Shown here in pieces: positions 1-8,800 of a stretch of DNA of 60,615 nucleotides (positions are counted from its first letter, which is position 1; every line of letters starts with the position of its first letter). The DNA lies in assembly GCA_046583315.1 (NCBI GenBank), contig JAYGCN010000127.1:1-60615 (forward strand), given 5' to 3'. The notes under the pieces were generated by a model. That model was not told the DNA's origin and made no database searches. It saw nothing but the letters and a program-made list of their open reading frames with translations. Source of the stretch: Candidatus Hydrogenedentota bacterium. GTDB lineage: Bacteria; Hydrogenedentota; Hydrogenedentia; Hydrogenedentales; GCA-2746185. A program made the translations under genes and the position numbers.

Positions 1-56
1 CCTCCTGGTTAATAACCAGGTGCTCACCATTTTTTAGGCGAATTATTACCGCAAAT

Positions 57-80
57 GGGGTGCCTTTTGGGGTGCCTTTT
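57..80. repeat. Perfect 12-bp tandem repeat (GGGGTGCCTTTT x2) downstream of the tRNA 3' end
   Basis: ggggtgcctttt at 57-68 and 69-80. Confidence 0.85.
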
Positions 81-171
81 GTGTCCTGAATTGTATCATA
101 CAGACTCGGACGCGCTCGGACAAGGAAAACGATCGGACCCCTGTTTAAGGGGCTAATAGAGGGGGTATAAA

Positions 172-248
172 TGGTGGGCGATAGAGGACTCGAACCTCTG
201 ACCCCCTGGGTGTAAACCAGGTGCTCTAACCAACTGAGCTAATCGCCC
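172..248 (-). tRNA. tRNA-Val(TAC)
   Basis: Reverse complement GGGCGATTAGCTCAGTTGGTTAGAGCACCTGGTTTACACCCAGGGGGTCAGAGGTTCGAGTCCTCTATCGCCCACCA: 77 nt, acceptor stem, D-loop, anticodon arm CCTGG-TTTACAC-CCAGG, GTTCGA T-loop, encoded CCA. Confidence 0.97.
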
Positions 249-290
249 CAAGTGGATATCTTCGGAAATGACATCCAGAAATGAGGCGGT

Positions 291-320
291 ACTTTAGCAT
301 ATAGCCGATTCCCCACGCAA
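291..320 (-). promoter_or_regulatory. Putative sigma70 promoter of tRNA-Val
   Basis: Minus strand TTGCGT-18 nt-TAAAGT with extended -10 TG and GC-rich discriminator ACCGCC. Confidence 0.55.
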
Positions 321-356
321 CTGATCCCGCCATCCCCTAACAGCCATTGCGATGCC

Positions 357-1115
357 TCAGGTGGATAAACTAAGGCGCGTGCGTGGTGCATGAATGGGTT
401 CCGTCATCAAATAGGGCATCGGATTTACACGACGACCATAGCGCGATACTTCAAAATGCAGGTGCGGACCCGTCGCGCGTCCAGTCGCACCCACAAGCCC
501 AACAACGGTTGACGTATCCACGCGTTCCCCTTCGGCAACAAGCCGTTTCGCCGCATGGCTGTATTGCGTTCGAATGCCACCCTCATGCTCAACAATGATC
601 GTGTTCCCATAACCCCGCATCCAGGCGCTGAACGTGACTACCCCCGGCTGCATCGGCGTGATCGGCGTATTACGGGTCGCCGCCAAGTCAACACCATTAT
701 GCTTGCGGTGATCATGCGCTATCGGATCCTCACGCATGCCATACGGGGAGGTCAGTCTCGCCGGCCCGTTCAATACTCGATGAAACGGATTAGCCTTTGG
801 CGTTTCAACCTGCTCAGCCGAAGATTGCACCGCCTGTCCAAACGACTCCGTCGGCAGTCGGAGCGCCGTCAGTTGGATGCGCTGCCCCACTTGAATCCTG
901 TCCGGATTGCTCAGCCCATTGGCCCGGGCAATCGCGTTCACACCCCGATAAATCGTCGACGCGGAGTGCTCCTGACCCGTTTCTTTGAGATAGTCAAGAA
1001 TGATGGAGGAGAGGGTTTGACCTTTACGCACCGTATGGGCCGTCGAAGTTTGCAACGATCGCACTGTGCGCGTTCCACGGTGGCTCATGGTCACTTCCGG
1101 TACAATAGCATTCAC
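357..1115 (-). CDS. LysM-domain M23 family metallo-endopeptidase
   Basis: LysM (HTVRKGQTLS...NGLSNPDRIQVGQ); M23 zinc motifs HNGVD (HxxxD) and GPHLHFE (HxH); GTG start with AGGAGA RBS. Confidence 0.9.
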   Translation of the reverse strand: MNAIVPEVTMSHRGTRTVRSLQTSTAHTVRKGQTLSSIILDYLKETGQEHSASTIYRGVNAIARANGLSNPDRIQVGQRIQLTALRLPTESFGQAVQSSAEQVETPKANPFHRVLNGPARLTSPYGMREDPIAHDHRKHNGVDLAATRNTPITPMQPGVVTFSAWMRGYGNTIIVEHEGGIRTQYSHAAKRLVAEGERVDTSTVVGLVGATGRATGPHLHFEVSRYGRRVNPMPYLMTEPIHAPRTRLSLST

Positions 1116-1148
1116 TGAGAACTCTCCTAATCTGGCTCAGTTGCGAAT

Positions 1149-1164
1149 TGCAAGGCCCGTGCCA
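1149..1164 (-). promoter_or_regulatory. Sigma54 (-24/-12) promoter for the LysM-M23 gene
   Basis: Minus strand TGGCAC-GGGCC-TTGCA matches TGGCAC-N5-TTGCW; IHF-like AT-rich site (cATAAAcaacTTA) just upstream. Confidence 0.75.
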
Positions 1165-1484
1165 CAAAGCGTAACCTATTACTCATAAACAACTTAATAA
1201 CTTGTTCGTGAAACTATATTCGGCCACATTCGGATACTTTATTCCAATTAAGGAAAAATTTACCCAAATTGGCGATATCCATATGATATAGACGAGACCA
1301 TTGGGGCCCATGCGGGGATTATGGTATACTCTGGCCTTTCTTTAGCTCTTTTGTACCCTATGATAGTGAGTTTAGCCGTTTCTTGTGCGTTTTCTCTGCG
1401 GTGCGTCCTTGCTTCGAGCAACGATAGCATCTGAGTCGATAAACATTGCTGATGGACAGCCACCTGCATAACCCTAATCCTTGA

Positions 1485-3587
1485 ATGGTTTCAATGAAAT
1501 CGCCCGTTTCCAGTTTAATCCCGTGGATCGCCCTGTGCGCGCTCGCACTTCCCGTGGTCGCACAAGATAAAAGCCATCTCGCCGCTCCAAAACGCACCAC
1601 TCCGGCAATCCGCACCGCCACGCCCCCCGAAATCGACGGCAAGATTGACGATGCCGCATGGGATGCCGCGCCCGTACTGACCGATTTCGTCGACCTGCGC
1701 AACGATGAGTTGGCCCCGGACCAGACCCGTGTACAAATTCTCTACGATGACGAATTCCTCTACATCGCCCTCGAAGTCATGCAGGCCAAAGAAGACATTA
1801 CCGCCAACATCTACAAAGACGATCGATTTCAGCTTCGCTTCGAAGACTACGTGCAGATAGGATTGGACACCTTTCACGACGGCGGTCAAGCGTACCTTTT
1901 TCTCATCAGCCCCATCGGCACACGCTGGGACGCACGCGAAGGGTTATTCGGCCGCAACGAATCCTGGGATGCCGATTGGGACGTTGAAACCATCATACTC
2001 GAAGATCGCTGGTTTGCAGAGTTGCGCATTCCCATCGGGGTCATGCATCTTGACCGCACAAGTGAACAATCCTGGGGCATGAACATCCGTCGCCGTTATG
2101 CCAAAAAGAACTATTCGGCCCACTGGAACTACGATCCCAACGCCGGATTTTCCCGCCGCGCATCCGGCCCCAAATTCGTTAAGGATTTCGGCATATTGGA
2201 GAACCTCGATCTCAGCAACATGAAAGTTCAACGCGATCCCAAAGTGGAAACCTACGTCAGCTCCACCACACAAAAACGCGAGGGCGGCAATACGCATACC
2301 AAAATATCTACCGGGTTGGACGTTGAACTCCGAATCTCATCCCATTGGACCACACAGTTCGCCGTCAACCCGGACTTCGGTGAAATCGCTGCAGACGAAG
2401 GCGATGTACAAAATCGCGACACGGCCCGTTTCCTCACCGAACGAAGAACCTTCTTCAACGAAGGCGCCGAACTGTTTCGATCGCCCACGCGCATCTACGA
2501 CAGCCGACAAATTACAGACTTCGATAGTGCCGCCAAAATTACCGGAGCCGGCGACGATTGGACCTTGGCAACGCTGGTGCTACGCGGCGAAGGAACCCGT
2601 GCTGGCAACGACGCGGACATTCTCGTGTCCCGATACAGCCAGAACGTAACCGACGATCTGCAACTCGGCGCGACGTTGATCGGCGTAAACAGGAAGATTG
2701 GCGACAATGCAACCTTGGGACTCGATTCACGCTACGAGTTTTCGCAGTCCGCCGTTTGGACTACGCAATTCTTGACCATGACCGGAAACGATGCCGTGGA
2801 TGATCTTTCGGATAGCACAGAATCGGTCAGTGCCCATTCCTTCTATACGGAGTTTGAATGGGGGACTCAGCCATGGTCATTTGAACTCTCGCTTCGTGAT
2901 ATCTCCGAAGACTTCGAACCGGATCTGGGCTTTATCCCGCGTCAGGATATTATCGGCCCAAAACTGGAAATCGGATTTAGCGAAGACTATCAAGGAGACA
3001 AAATTGAGAGTGTCTTTGTGATGTTTGAGACTGAATATTATCTGGATCACGACAACGATACGAAATTGCGGGACTACTTCATGTTTGGCGGTATCACGTT
3101 TCAGAACGACTGGAATTTGAATTTCCGCATCCAGGACGACTTTCATAGACCCTACCACAACACCTCGCAGGGTGTCGGTCTCACCTACAATCGCCAGGAA
3201 CGATACAAATCATGGCGCATGGAATACCTCAACGGGGTCTTTCAGGAGACTAAATTCGATCAATACGAATTGACCAAACCCTTCAAGTTGACCGAGCGCT
3301 GGACGAACGATCTATCAAGTCTGCTACGCCAGGAAGATCGCGACGATGGGGTGTACGATGTATGGCTCTGGCGATTGGAAAGTGAGTACACTACTCTATG
3401 GGACGGTCGCGCCAAACTGACCATGGAAGCCACCGACGACCGCAGTTACGGCCGTACCCTGTTGCTCGCCTACGAAGATGTGACCGATTGGGACTTTTAT
3501 CTTGTGTTCAACGATTTTCGCGACCCCGAATCAGATGGCGAAACAATCGTCCGCTCCATATTTACCAAAATCATCTATCATTGGTAA
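1485..3587 (+). CDS. Secreted CBM9-like / DUF5916-type outer-membrane protein
   Basis: Signal peptide; IDGKIDDAAW, LDTFHD, WFAELRIP, NPDFGEI, ERRTFFNEG motifs; C-terminal aromatic residue (IIYHW). Confidence 0.75.
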   Translation: MVSMKSPVSSLIPWIALCALALPVVAQDKSHLAAPKRTTPAIRTATPPEIDGKIDDAAWDAAPVLTDFVDLRNDELAPDQTRVQILYDDEFLYIALEVMQAKEDITANIYKDDRFQLRFEDYVQIGLDTFHDGGQAYLFLISPIGTRWDAREGLFGRNESWDADWDVETIILEDRWFAELRIPIGVMHLDRTSEQSWGMNIRRRYAKKNYSAHWNYDPNAGFSRRASGPKFVKDFGILENLDLSNMKVQRDPKVETYVSSTTQKREGGNTHTKISTGLDVELRISSHWTTQFAVNPDFGEIAADEGDVQNRDTARFLTERRTFFNEGAELFRSPTRIYDSRQITDFDSAAKITGAGDDWTLATLVLRGEGTRAGNDADILVSRYSQNVTDDLQLGATLIGVNRKIGDNATLGLDSRYEFSQSAVWTTQFLTMTGNDAVDDLSDSTESVSAHSFYTEFEWGTQPWSFELSLRDISEDFEPDLGFIPRQDIIGPKLEIGFSEDYQGDKIESVFVMFETEYYLDHDNDTKLRDYFMFGGITFQNDWNLNFRIQDDFHRPYHNTSQGVGLTYNRQERYKSWRMEYLNGVFQETKFDQYELTKPFKLTERWTNDLSSLLRQEDRDDGVYDVWLWRLESEYTTLWDGRAKLTMEATDDRSYGRTLLLAYEDVTDWDFYLVFNDFRDPESDGETIVRSIFTKIIYHW

Positions 3588-3603
3588 GACCTTGCCACCG
3601 AAT

Positions 3604-4614
3604 CTACCGATGCGACGCCTCTGGAGGCCGTGCGCCGACCCGCACAGGAAACGGTAACATATTATTCTCCGTCGGTAACGCACAGGTCGTGTATTCCGAA
3701 TACGCACACCACGGATTACGCGTCTTGTTGAAATCCACGATTATCGCATTCCCCTCCATCGGTTTCGCCACATCCAGGAAACGCCCACCCCCGTAAGTTC
3801 CCGCCCCGGTGGTCTCGTCCCCAAACACAATAAACAGATTATTCCCCTCGTCCGCCGTATCCAGAGAATACTCCACACCATCTTTCGTGAACACCACCAC
3901 CCCTGTACTCAGCGACTTGTCAACCAGTCCCTGAACGTTTTTCTGATAGAGCGATTTCGGCTCATCAAAACGACGAAACTCCCCCTCGAATCGCCATGCG
4001 GGATCGATGGGAAAATACGCGGGTGATTCCACGGTCTCCAAAACAGGATTCCGCGCATCCCACACCCGAAGGTAATACCGTTCGCCCGTCGATTCACGTA
4101 ACGACACCGGCAGTAAATCGAGCCCTCCATCAGCGTCCTCCGCATTCAACCCGCGACGAATCACAACCCACGACAGCGATCCGGAAGACAAAAGCGTTGC
4201 GCGTCGATCAAGCGATCCCAATTCCATAGCCGTTGATCCGGTGACCGCATTCCCTTCCGAGTCAGTGATCGCAACATCGTCGGCAGGCTGAAAACTCGTC
4301 TTGCCCGCTCCATGCGTGAAGGTGCCGATTACAGGAGGGACGGAATTTCCCGGCGCGTCGGTCACTTGAAACGCACAGTCCGGATTCGAGCCGAACTGAA
4401 ATTCTCCATCACGCAACTCAAACATGCCCGTGATCGCCAGATAACCATCCGTCTTGCGCATATTCGCCTCAAACCTGGCGCGCCACTCCATCACCTCCAA
4501 CTCATAAGCCGTCAGCGGACTCGTCGTTCCCCCACGCCAGAGCAAGACAATACCGAGCACCAGCAACGCCAGAATCGACACCCTCCGCCTTCGTTTTAGC
4601 CTCGTTGAGGACAT
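3604..4614 (-). CDS. DUF1684 family protein
   Basis: FGDETTG..TYGGGRFL, VDFNKTRNPWCAYSEYTTCALP; start re-picked at ATG 4614 (GGGAGA RBS) before the TM anchor. Confidence 0.85.
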   Translation of the reverse strand: MSSTRLKRRRRVSILALLVLGIVLLWRGGTTSPLTAYELEVMEWRARFEANMRKTDGYLAITGMFELRDGEFQFGSNPDCAFQVTDAPGNSVPPVIGTFTHGAGKTSFQPADDVAITDSEGNAVTGSTAMELGSLDRRATLLSSGSLSWVVIRRGLNAEDADGGLDLLPVSLRESTGERYYLRVWDARNPVLETVESPAYFPIDPAWRFEGEFRRFDEPKSLYQKNVQGLVDKSLSTGVVVFTKDGVEYSLDTADEGNNLFIVFGDETTGAGTYGGGRFLDVAKPMEGNAIIVDFNKTRNPWCAYSEYTTCALPTENNMLPFPVRVGARPPEASHR

Positions 4615-4733
4615 TGAATTTCTCCCTGATTCACCAGTGTACTCCCATTCGACATTGATTTCCTTCCCGATCAAAGGTTAGATTTTAGCCTGATTCTCGC
4701 TGATGAATGAACAACACGAATGGATTCCCCAAA

Positions 4734-6545
4734 ATGAAATCGCTTCTTCTTTGTTGCATGCTATCGCTGCTTGCCCCCCTTACAAGTACCTACGCGGCCA
4801 ATGCCGAGGCCATCCGTCATGAGTCCGAACGCATCAACACCTTCTTCGAAGAGGTATTCAACGACGCGCTCGACCGCAGTCCCATGTACCAATCCCAACT
4901 CGGTATCAAAACAGACTACGACAAATGGGACGACATCTCGGATTTGGCCCATACCCGCGACCTCGCTATCGTCGTCGATGAACTCGCCCGCTTGCGCGAA
5001 GAATTCGACTTCGAATTGCTCGATGACCAGTCCAAAATCAGCTATCGCCTATTCGAGCAGGATTGCGAAGATTCCATCAACGCCTACCAATGGCGATTCC
5101 ACCGCTACCAGGCCAGTCAGATGCGCGGACTCCACGCCAGCGCCCCTTCGTTCCTCATCAACATTCACCGCATCACCTCCCTATCTGATGCGCAAGCCTA
5201 CGTCAGTCGTCTCGAAGGGTTGAAGCCGCTCTTCGACCAACTGATCGTCAATCTTAACGAACAGGCCGAGCGCGGCATCATCGCGCCAAAATTCGTCTTC
5301 CCCGCAATCATCCAGGCCTGCGAAAACGTCGTCTCCGGAACACCCTTCGACGATTCTGACAAGGACAGCACACTACTCGACGACCTGCGCACCAAGTTGG
5401 CCAAGCTCGCACCCGAGCTAATCTCCGAACAAGACACCCAACGATTGCTCGACGAAGCCGAACAGGCACTCACCAATTCGGTAGCCCCTGCCTATAAGAA
5501 TCTAATCGACACATTTCGCGATCTTGAGAAGCGAGCCAACGAAGACGACGGTGCGTGGAAATTTCCCGACGGCGACACCTACTACCGACAGGCCCTGCGC
5601 CGCACCACCACCACCGACATGTCCCCTCAGGCAATCCACGACCTCGGATTGGCGGAGGTCGCCCGCATACACGACGAGATGCGCGCGATCATGAAGAAAG
5701 TCGACTTCGAAGGCACCCTGCAGGAATTCTTCGACTTCACGCGCACCGACGAACAATTCTACTACCCCGACACCGATGAAGGCCGCGCAGCCTACCTCGC
5801 CAAAGCCACCGAAATCATCGATATCATGCGCACTCGGCTCAGCGAACAGTTCTTGACACAACCCAAAGCCAAAATCGACGTAAAGCAGGTCGAGGCCTTC
5901 CGCGAAAAATCCGCAGGCAAAGCCTTCTACCAGCGACCCGCACCCGACGGCTCACGCCCCGGCACCTACTACGCCAATCTGCGCGACATGGCCGATATGC
6001 CCACCTACCAGATGGAGGCACTCGCCTACCACGAAGGGATCCCCGGCCATCACATGCAGATAAGCCTCTCCCAGGAACTCGAAGGTATCCCGAGATTTCG
6101 TAAGTACGGAGGCTACACCGCCTACACCGAAGGCTGGGGACTCTACAGCGAGGCTTCCCCAAAAGACATGGGTTTTTACCAAGACCCCTATTCGGACTTC
6201 GGACGCCTCGCCATGGAACTGTGGCGCGCGGCCCGTCTTGTCGTCGATACCGGGCTACACTACAAAAAGTGGACCCGACAGGAAGCCATCGATTATCTCA
6301 TCACCAACACGCCCAATCCCGAAGGCGACTGCATACACGCAATAGAACGCTACATCGTCATGCCATCACAAGCCACCGCCTACAAAATCGGCATGCTGAA
6401 AATCATGGAGCTGCGGGATCGATCGCGTAAAACACTTGGCGACCACTTCGACATTCGGGAATTCCATGACATCGTGTTGCGCAACGGTTCTCTGCCACTG
6501 GATATGCTGGATGAACAGGTGAGCCAATGGCTTACAACAAAATAG
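4734..6545 (+). CDS. DUF885 family secreted putative metallopeptidase
   Basis: HEGIPGHH, EGWGLYSE, RAARLVVDTGLH, QATAYKIG motifs; signal peptide. Confidence 0.9.
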   Translation: MKSLLLCCMLSLLAPLTSTYAANAEAIRHESERINTFFEEVFNDALDRSPMYQSQLGIKTDYDKWDDISDLAHTRDLAIVVDELARLREEFDFELLDDQSKISYRLFEQDCEDSINAYQWRFHRYQASQMRGLHASAPSFLINIHRITSLSDAQAYVSRLEGLKPLFDQLIVNLNEQAERGIIAPKFVFPAIIQACENVVSGTPFDDSDKDSTLLDDLRTKLAKLAPELISEQDTQRLLDEAEQALTNSVAPAYKNLIDTFRDLEKRANEDDGAWKFPDGDTYYRQALRRTTTTDMSPQAIHDLGLAEVARIHDEMRAIMKKVDFEGTLQEFFDFTRTDEQFYYPDTDEGRAAYLAKATEIIDIMRTRLSEQFLTQPKAKIDVKQVEAFREKSAGKAFYQRPAPDGSRPGTYYANLRDMADMPTYQMEALAYHEGIPGHHMQISLSQELEGIPRFRKYGGYTAYTEGWGLYSEASPKDMGFYQDPYSDFGRLAMELWRAARLVVDTGLHYKKWTRQEAIDYLITNTPNPEGDCIHAIERYIVMPSQATAYKIGMLKIMELRDRSRKTLGDHFDIREFHDIVLRNGSLPLDMLDEQVSQWLTTK

Positions 6546-6573
6546 CGTGATTTGATGATGTCCAGCCCCAGAA

Positions 6574-6802
6574 TTATCCAATTAGTCAAAATGTGGATAA
6601 CTTGTGCGAAAATGGCCCCACCGACCATAAGTTTAATTATTTTTCACTCCCGAAAAGCCTTCGTGTTGAGTACAATACTCGTTAGTATTCGTAACTATCC
6701 GCCAGTTATATGGTTACGAACGCAACAAAGGCAATCGGGGGACACACCAGAAATCTTACAACTGTATATAACACAACACCTTGACGATGAAGGTGTGGAA
6801 AA
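6574..6802. promoter_or_regulatory. Cluster of DnaA-box-like 9-mers
   Basis: TGTGGATAA 6592-6600 (perfect), TGTGCGAAA 6603-6611, TTATCCAAT 6574-6582, TGTATATAA 6763-6771, TGTGGAAAA 6794-6802 in an AT-rich intergenic region. Confidence 0.45.
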
Positions 6803-6861
6803 CCTTCGATAGTGTAGGTAAATTGGACAATCATGCAGCGAATTGTACGAAAGCGGACAAC

Positions 6862-7809
6862 ATGGCTTCATTCTTAGTCACCGGTGGCGCAGGCTTCATC
6901 GGCTCCAACCTGACCCAGGAGTTGCTCGGCCAGGGGCACTCCGTGCGGGTGCTGGACGACCTCTCTACCGGATTCCGCGAAAATCTCGACGGTCCAGGTC
7001 CCAAGCTCGATTTTCGGGAGGCCAGCATTCTCGATGACGAGGCCATACGCGCCGCCATGTCCGGAGTCGATTATTGCCTGCACCTCGCTGCCCTCGGCTC
7101 CGTTCCCCGTTCGATCAATAACCCGCTCGCCTCCAATGCCGCGAACGTCGAAGGCTCCATGCGTATATTTCTTGCCGCACGGGATGCCGGGGTCAAACGC
7201 GTCGTCATGTCCTCCTCCTCCTCTGTCTACGGCAACAATACTGTTTTCCCCACCACCGAAGACCTGCCACTCGCACCCATCTCGCCCTACGCCGTCTCCA
7301 AGATGGCCGCAGAACGTTACGCCGAGGTCTTCAGCAACCTCTACGACATCGACATCGTCCGCCTACGCTATTTCAACGTCTTCGGACCACGCCAAAACCC
7401 GAACTCTGAATACTCCGCAGTCATCCCAAAATTCATTCGCGCGCTCCTGAATGGAGAACGTCCCATAATCCACGGCGACGGCCGGCAAAGCCGGGATTTC
7501 ACCTACGTCGACAACGTCATTCAAGCCAATATTCGCGCCTGTGAGCCGGAACAGCCCCTCGCCGGAGTCTACAACATCGCCCTCGGCGGTACTGTCTCCG
7601 TGCTGGAAATCGCGGAAACTCTCTGCGATCTGCTCGACGCGCCCTGGGATTTCGACTTCGTGGAGGCGCGTCAAGGCGATATTCCGAAAAGTTGCGCATC
7701 AATCACGCGCGCCCAACGAGTCTTCGGCTACGCCCCGGAGGTTTCGCTGAAAGAAGGGCTCAAACGAACCGCGCAGTGGTATCAATCCCACGACGCCAAC
7801 GGTTCATGA
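6862..7809 (+). CDS. NAD-dependent nucleotide-sugar epimerase (WbpP/GalE-like extended SDR)
   Basis: TGGAGFIG, SSSSVYG, YAVSK (YxxxK), RYFNVFGPRQNP, QSRDFTYV. Confidence 0.9.
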   Translation: MASFLVTGGAGFIGSNLTQELLGQGHSVRVLDDLSTGFRENLDGPGPKLDFREASILDDEAIRAAMSGVDYCLHLAALGSVPRSINNPLASNAANVEGSMRIFLAARDAGVKRVVMSSSSSVYGNNTVFPTTEDLPLAPISPYAVSKMAAERYAEVFSNLYDIDIVRLRYFNVFGPRQNPNSEYSAVIPKFIRALLNGERPIIHGDGRQSRDFTYVDNVIQANIRACEPEQPLAGVYNIALGGTVSVLEIAETLCDLLDAPWDFDFVEARQGDIPKSCASITRAQRVFGYAPEVSLKEGLKRTAQWYQSHDANGS

Positions 7810-7842
7810 TATGCTGATGCACACTCATTAAAGGATCGAAAC

Positions 7843-8325
7843 ATGCAAGCCATTGACACAGAATTCATACTGCCTTTCATCGACGCCACCAAGAGCACCT
7901 TCGAAGTCGCCTTGCAAAAACAAGTGCAACAGAAAGATGTCTACGTCAAAATGAACGATGTCATGTTTGGCGACATCTCCGGCCGCATCGCCATCACCGG
8001 ATCGCAACAAGGAGCGATCGCCTTGAGCCTGCCCGCTGAATTTGCGATGAACTGCATTCGAGATCTGATCGGCGAAGACGAAGATGCCACGTTAAAGCAA
8101 AGCATACTCCACGATGGTCTCGGTGAAATTGTCAACATGATCGCCAGCGATGCCAAAACGACCCTCGACCTCGCCCAGTTCAACATCGACCTCGGAGAAC
8201 CCAAAGTCGTCTCCGGACGCGGCCACAAAATGGATCGCGCCCAAGGCAGCTGCACCACTTCCATCATCTTCACCACCGATTCCGGCGAAGAATTCTCCCT
8301 CGACGTCTGCACTCTGGCGAATTAG
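7843..8325 (+). CDS. cheX: CheX family chemotaxis phosphatase
   Basis: FILPFIDAT, DISGRIAITG, DGLGEIVNMIA (ExxN), PKVVSG. Confidence 0.8.
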   Translation: MQAIDTEFILPFIDATKSTFEVALQKQVQQKDVYVKMNDVMFGDISGRIAITGSQQGAIALSLPAEFAMNCIRDLIGEDEDATLKQSILHDGLGEIVNMIASDAKTTLDLAQFNIDLGEPKVVSGRGHKMDRAQGSCTTSIIFTTDSGEEFSLDVCTLAN

Positions 8326-8335
8326 GAAATTAGAA

Positions 8336-8734
8336 ATGCAAGTGACTCTGTTCTCGAAACCGCTCATTCGAAAAACAGCCATTTTTCTGGGGGTTGCAAT
8401 CATCTTCCTGGCATTTTGTCTTCTATTGGGTCCAAGCCATCAGACCAACATCCGATATGTTGCATGGAAATGGGGCTACGGAGAACTTGAACCGGATTAT
8501 GCCCTACGCTTTTTCGCCGTGGACGTGAAGTTTCGAATGGGGTTGTATGGCAAGTCCAAAGTAGAATTCGAAGAGTTCTTTCCGATTCTAAAATCGCCAG
8601 ACTTAGCCAACGATTATCAGGAAAGCTATCACGAACATATGAAAATCGGCGATTTCTATTGGATGGGGGAGACGGCGTGGGTGGTAGAGTTTGAAGACGG
8701 AGTGGTATCGGAAATATATCCCATGAAAGGCTAA
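8336..8734 (+). CDS. Hypothetical membrane-anchored protein
   Basis: ATG 8336 after cheX; N-terminal hydrophobic helix; fills the gap before mutS. Confidence 0.6.
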   Translation: MQVTLFSKPLIRKTAIFLGVAIIFLAFCLLLGPSHQTNIRYVAWKWGYGELEPDYALRFFAVDVKFRMGLYGKSKVEFEEFFPILKSPDLANDYQESYHEHMKIGDFYWMGETAWVVEFEDGVVSEIYPMKG

Positions 8735-8800
8735 TCGATCTCAGATACCTTAATCTCTCATTTCAAACTCGCGCGTTCCATTCTGTATACTGTCCCTCTT

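Noticed and set aside
8150..8335. Ser/Pro-rich N-terminus of the 194-aa ORF
   Set aside because: Alternate-frame overlap with cheX; the real start is probably 8336
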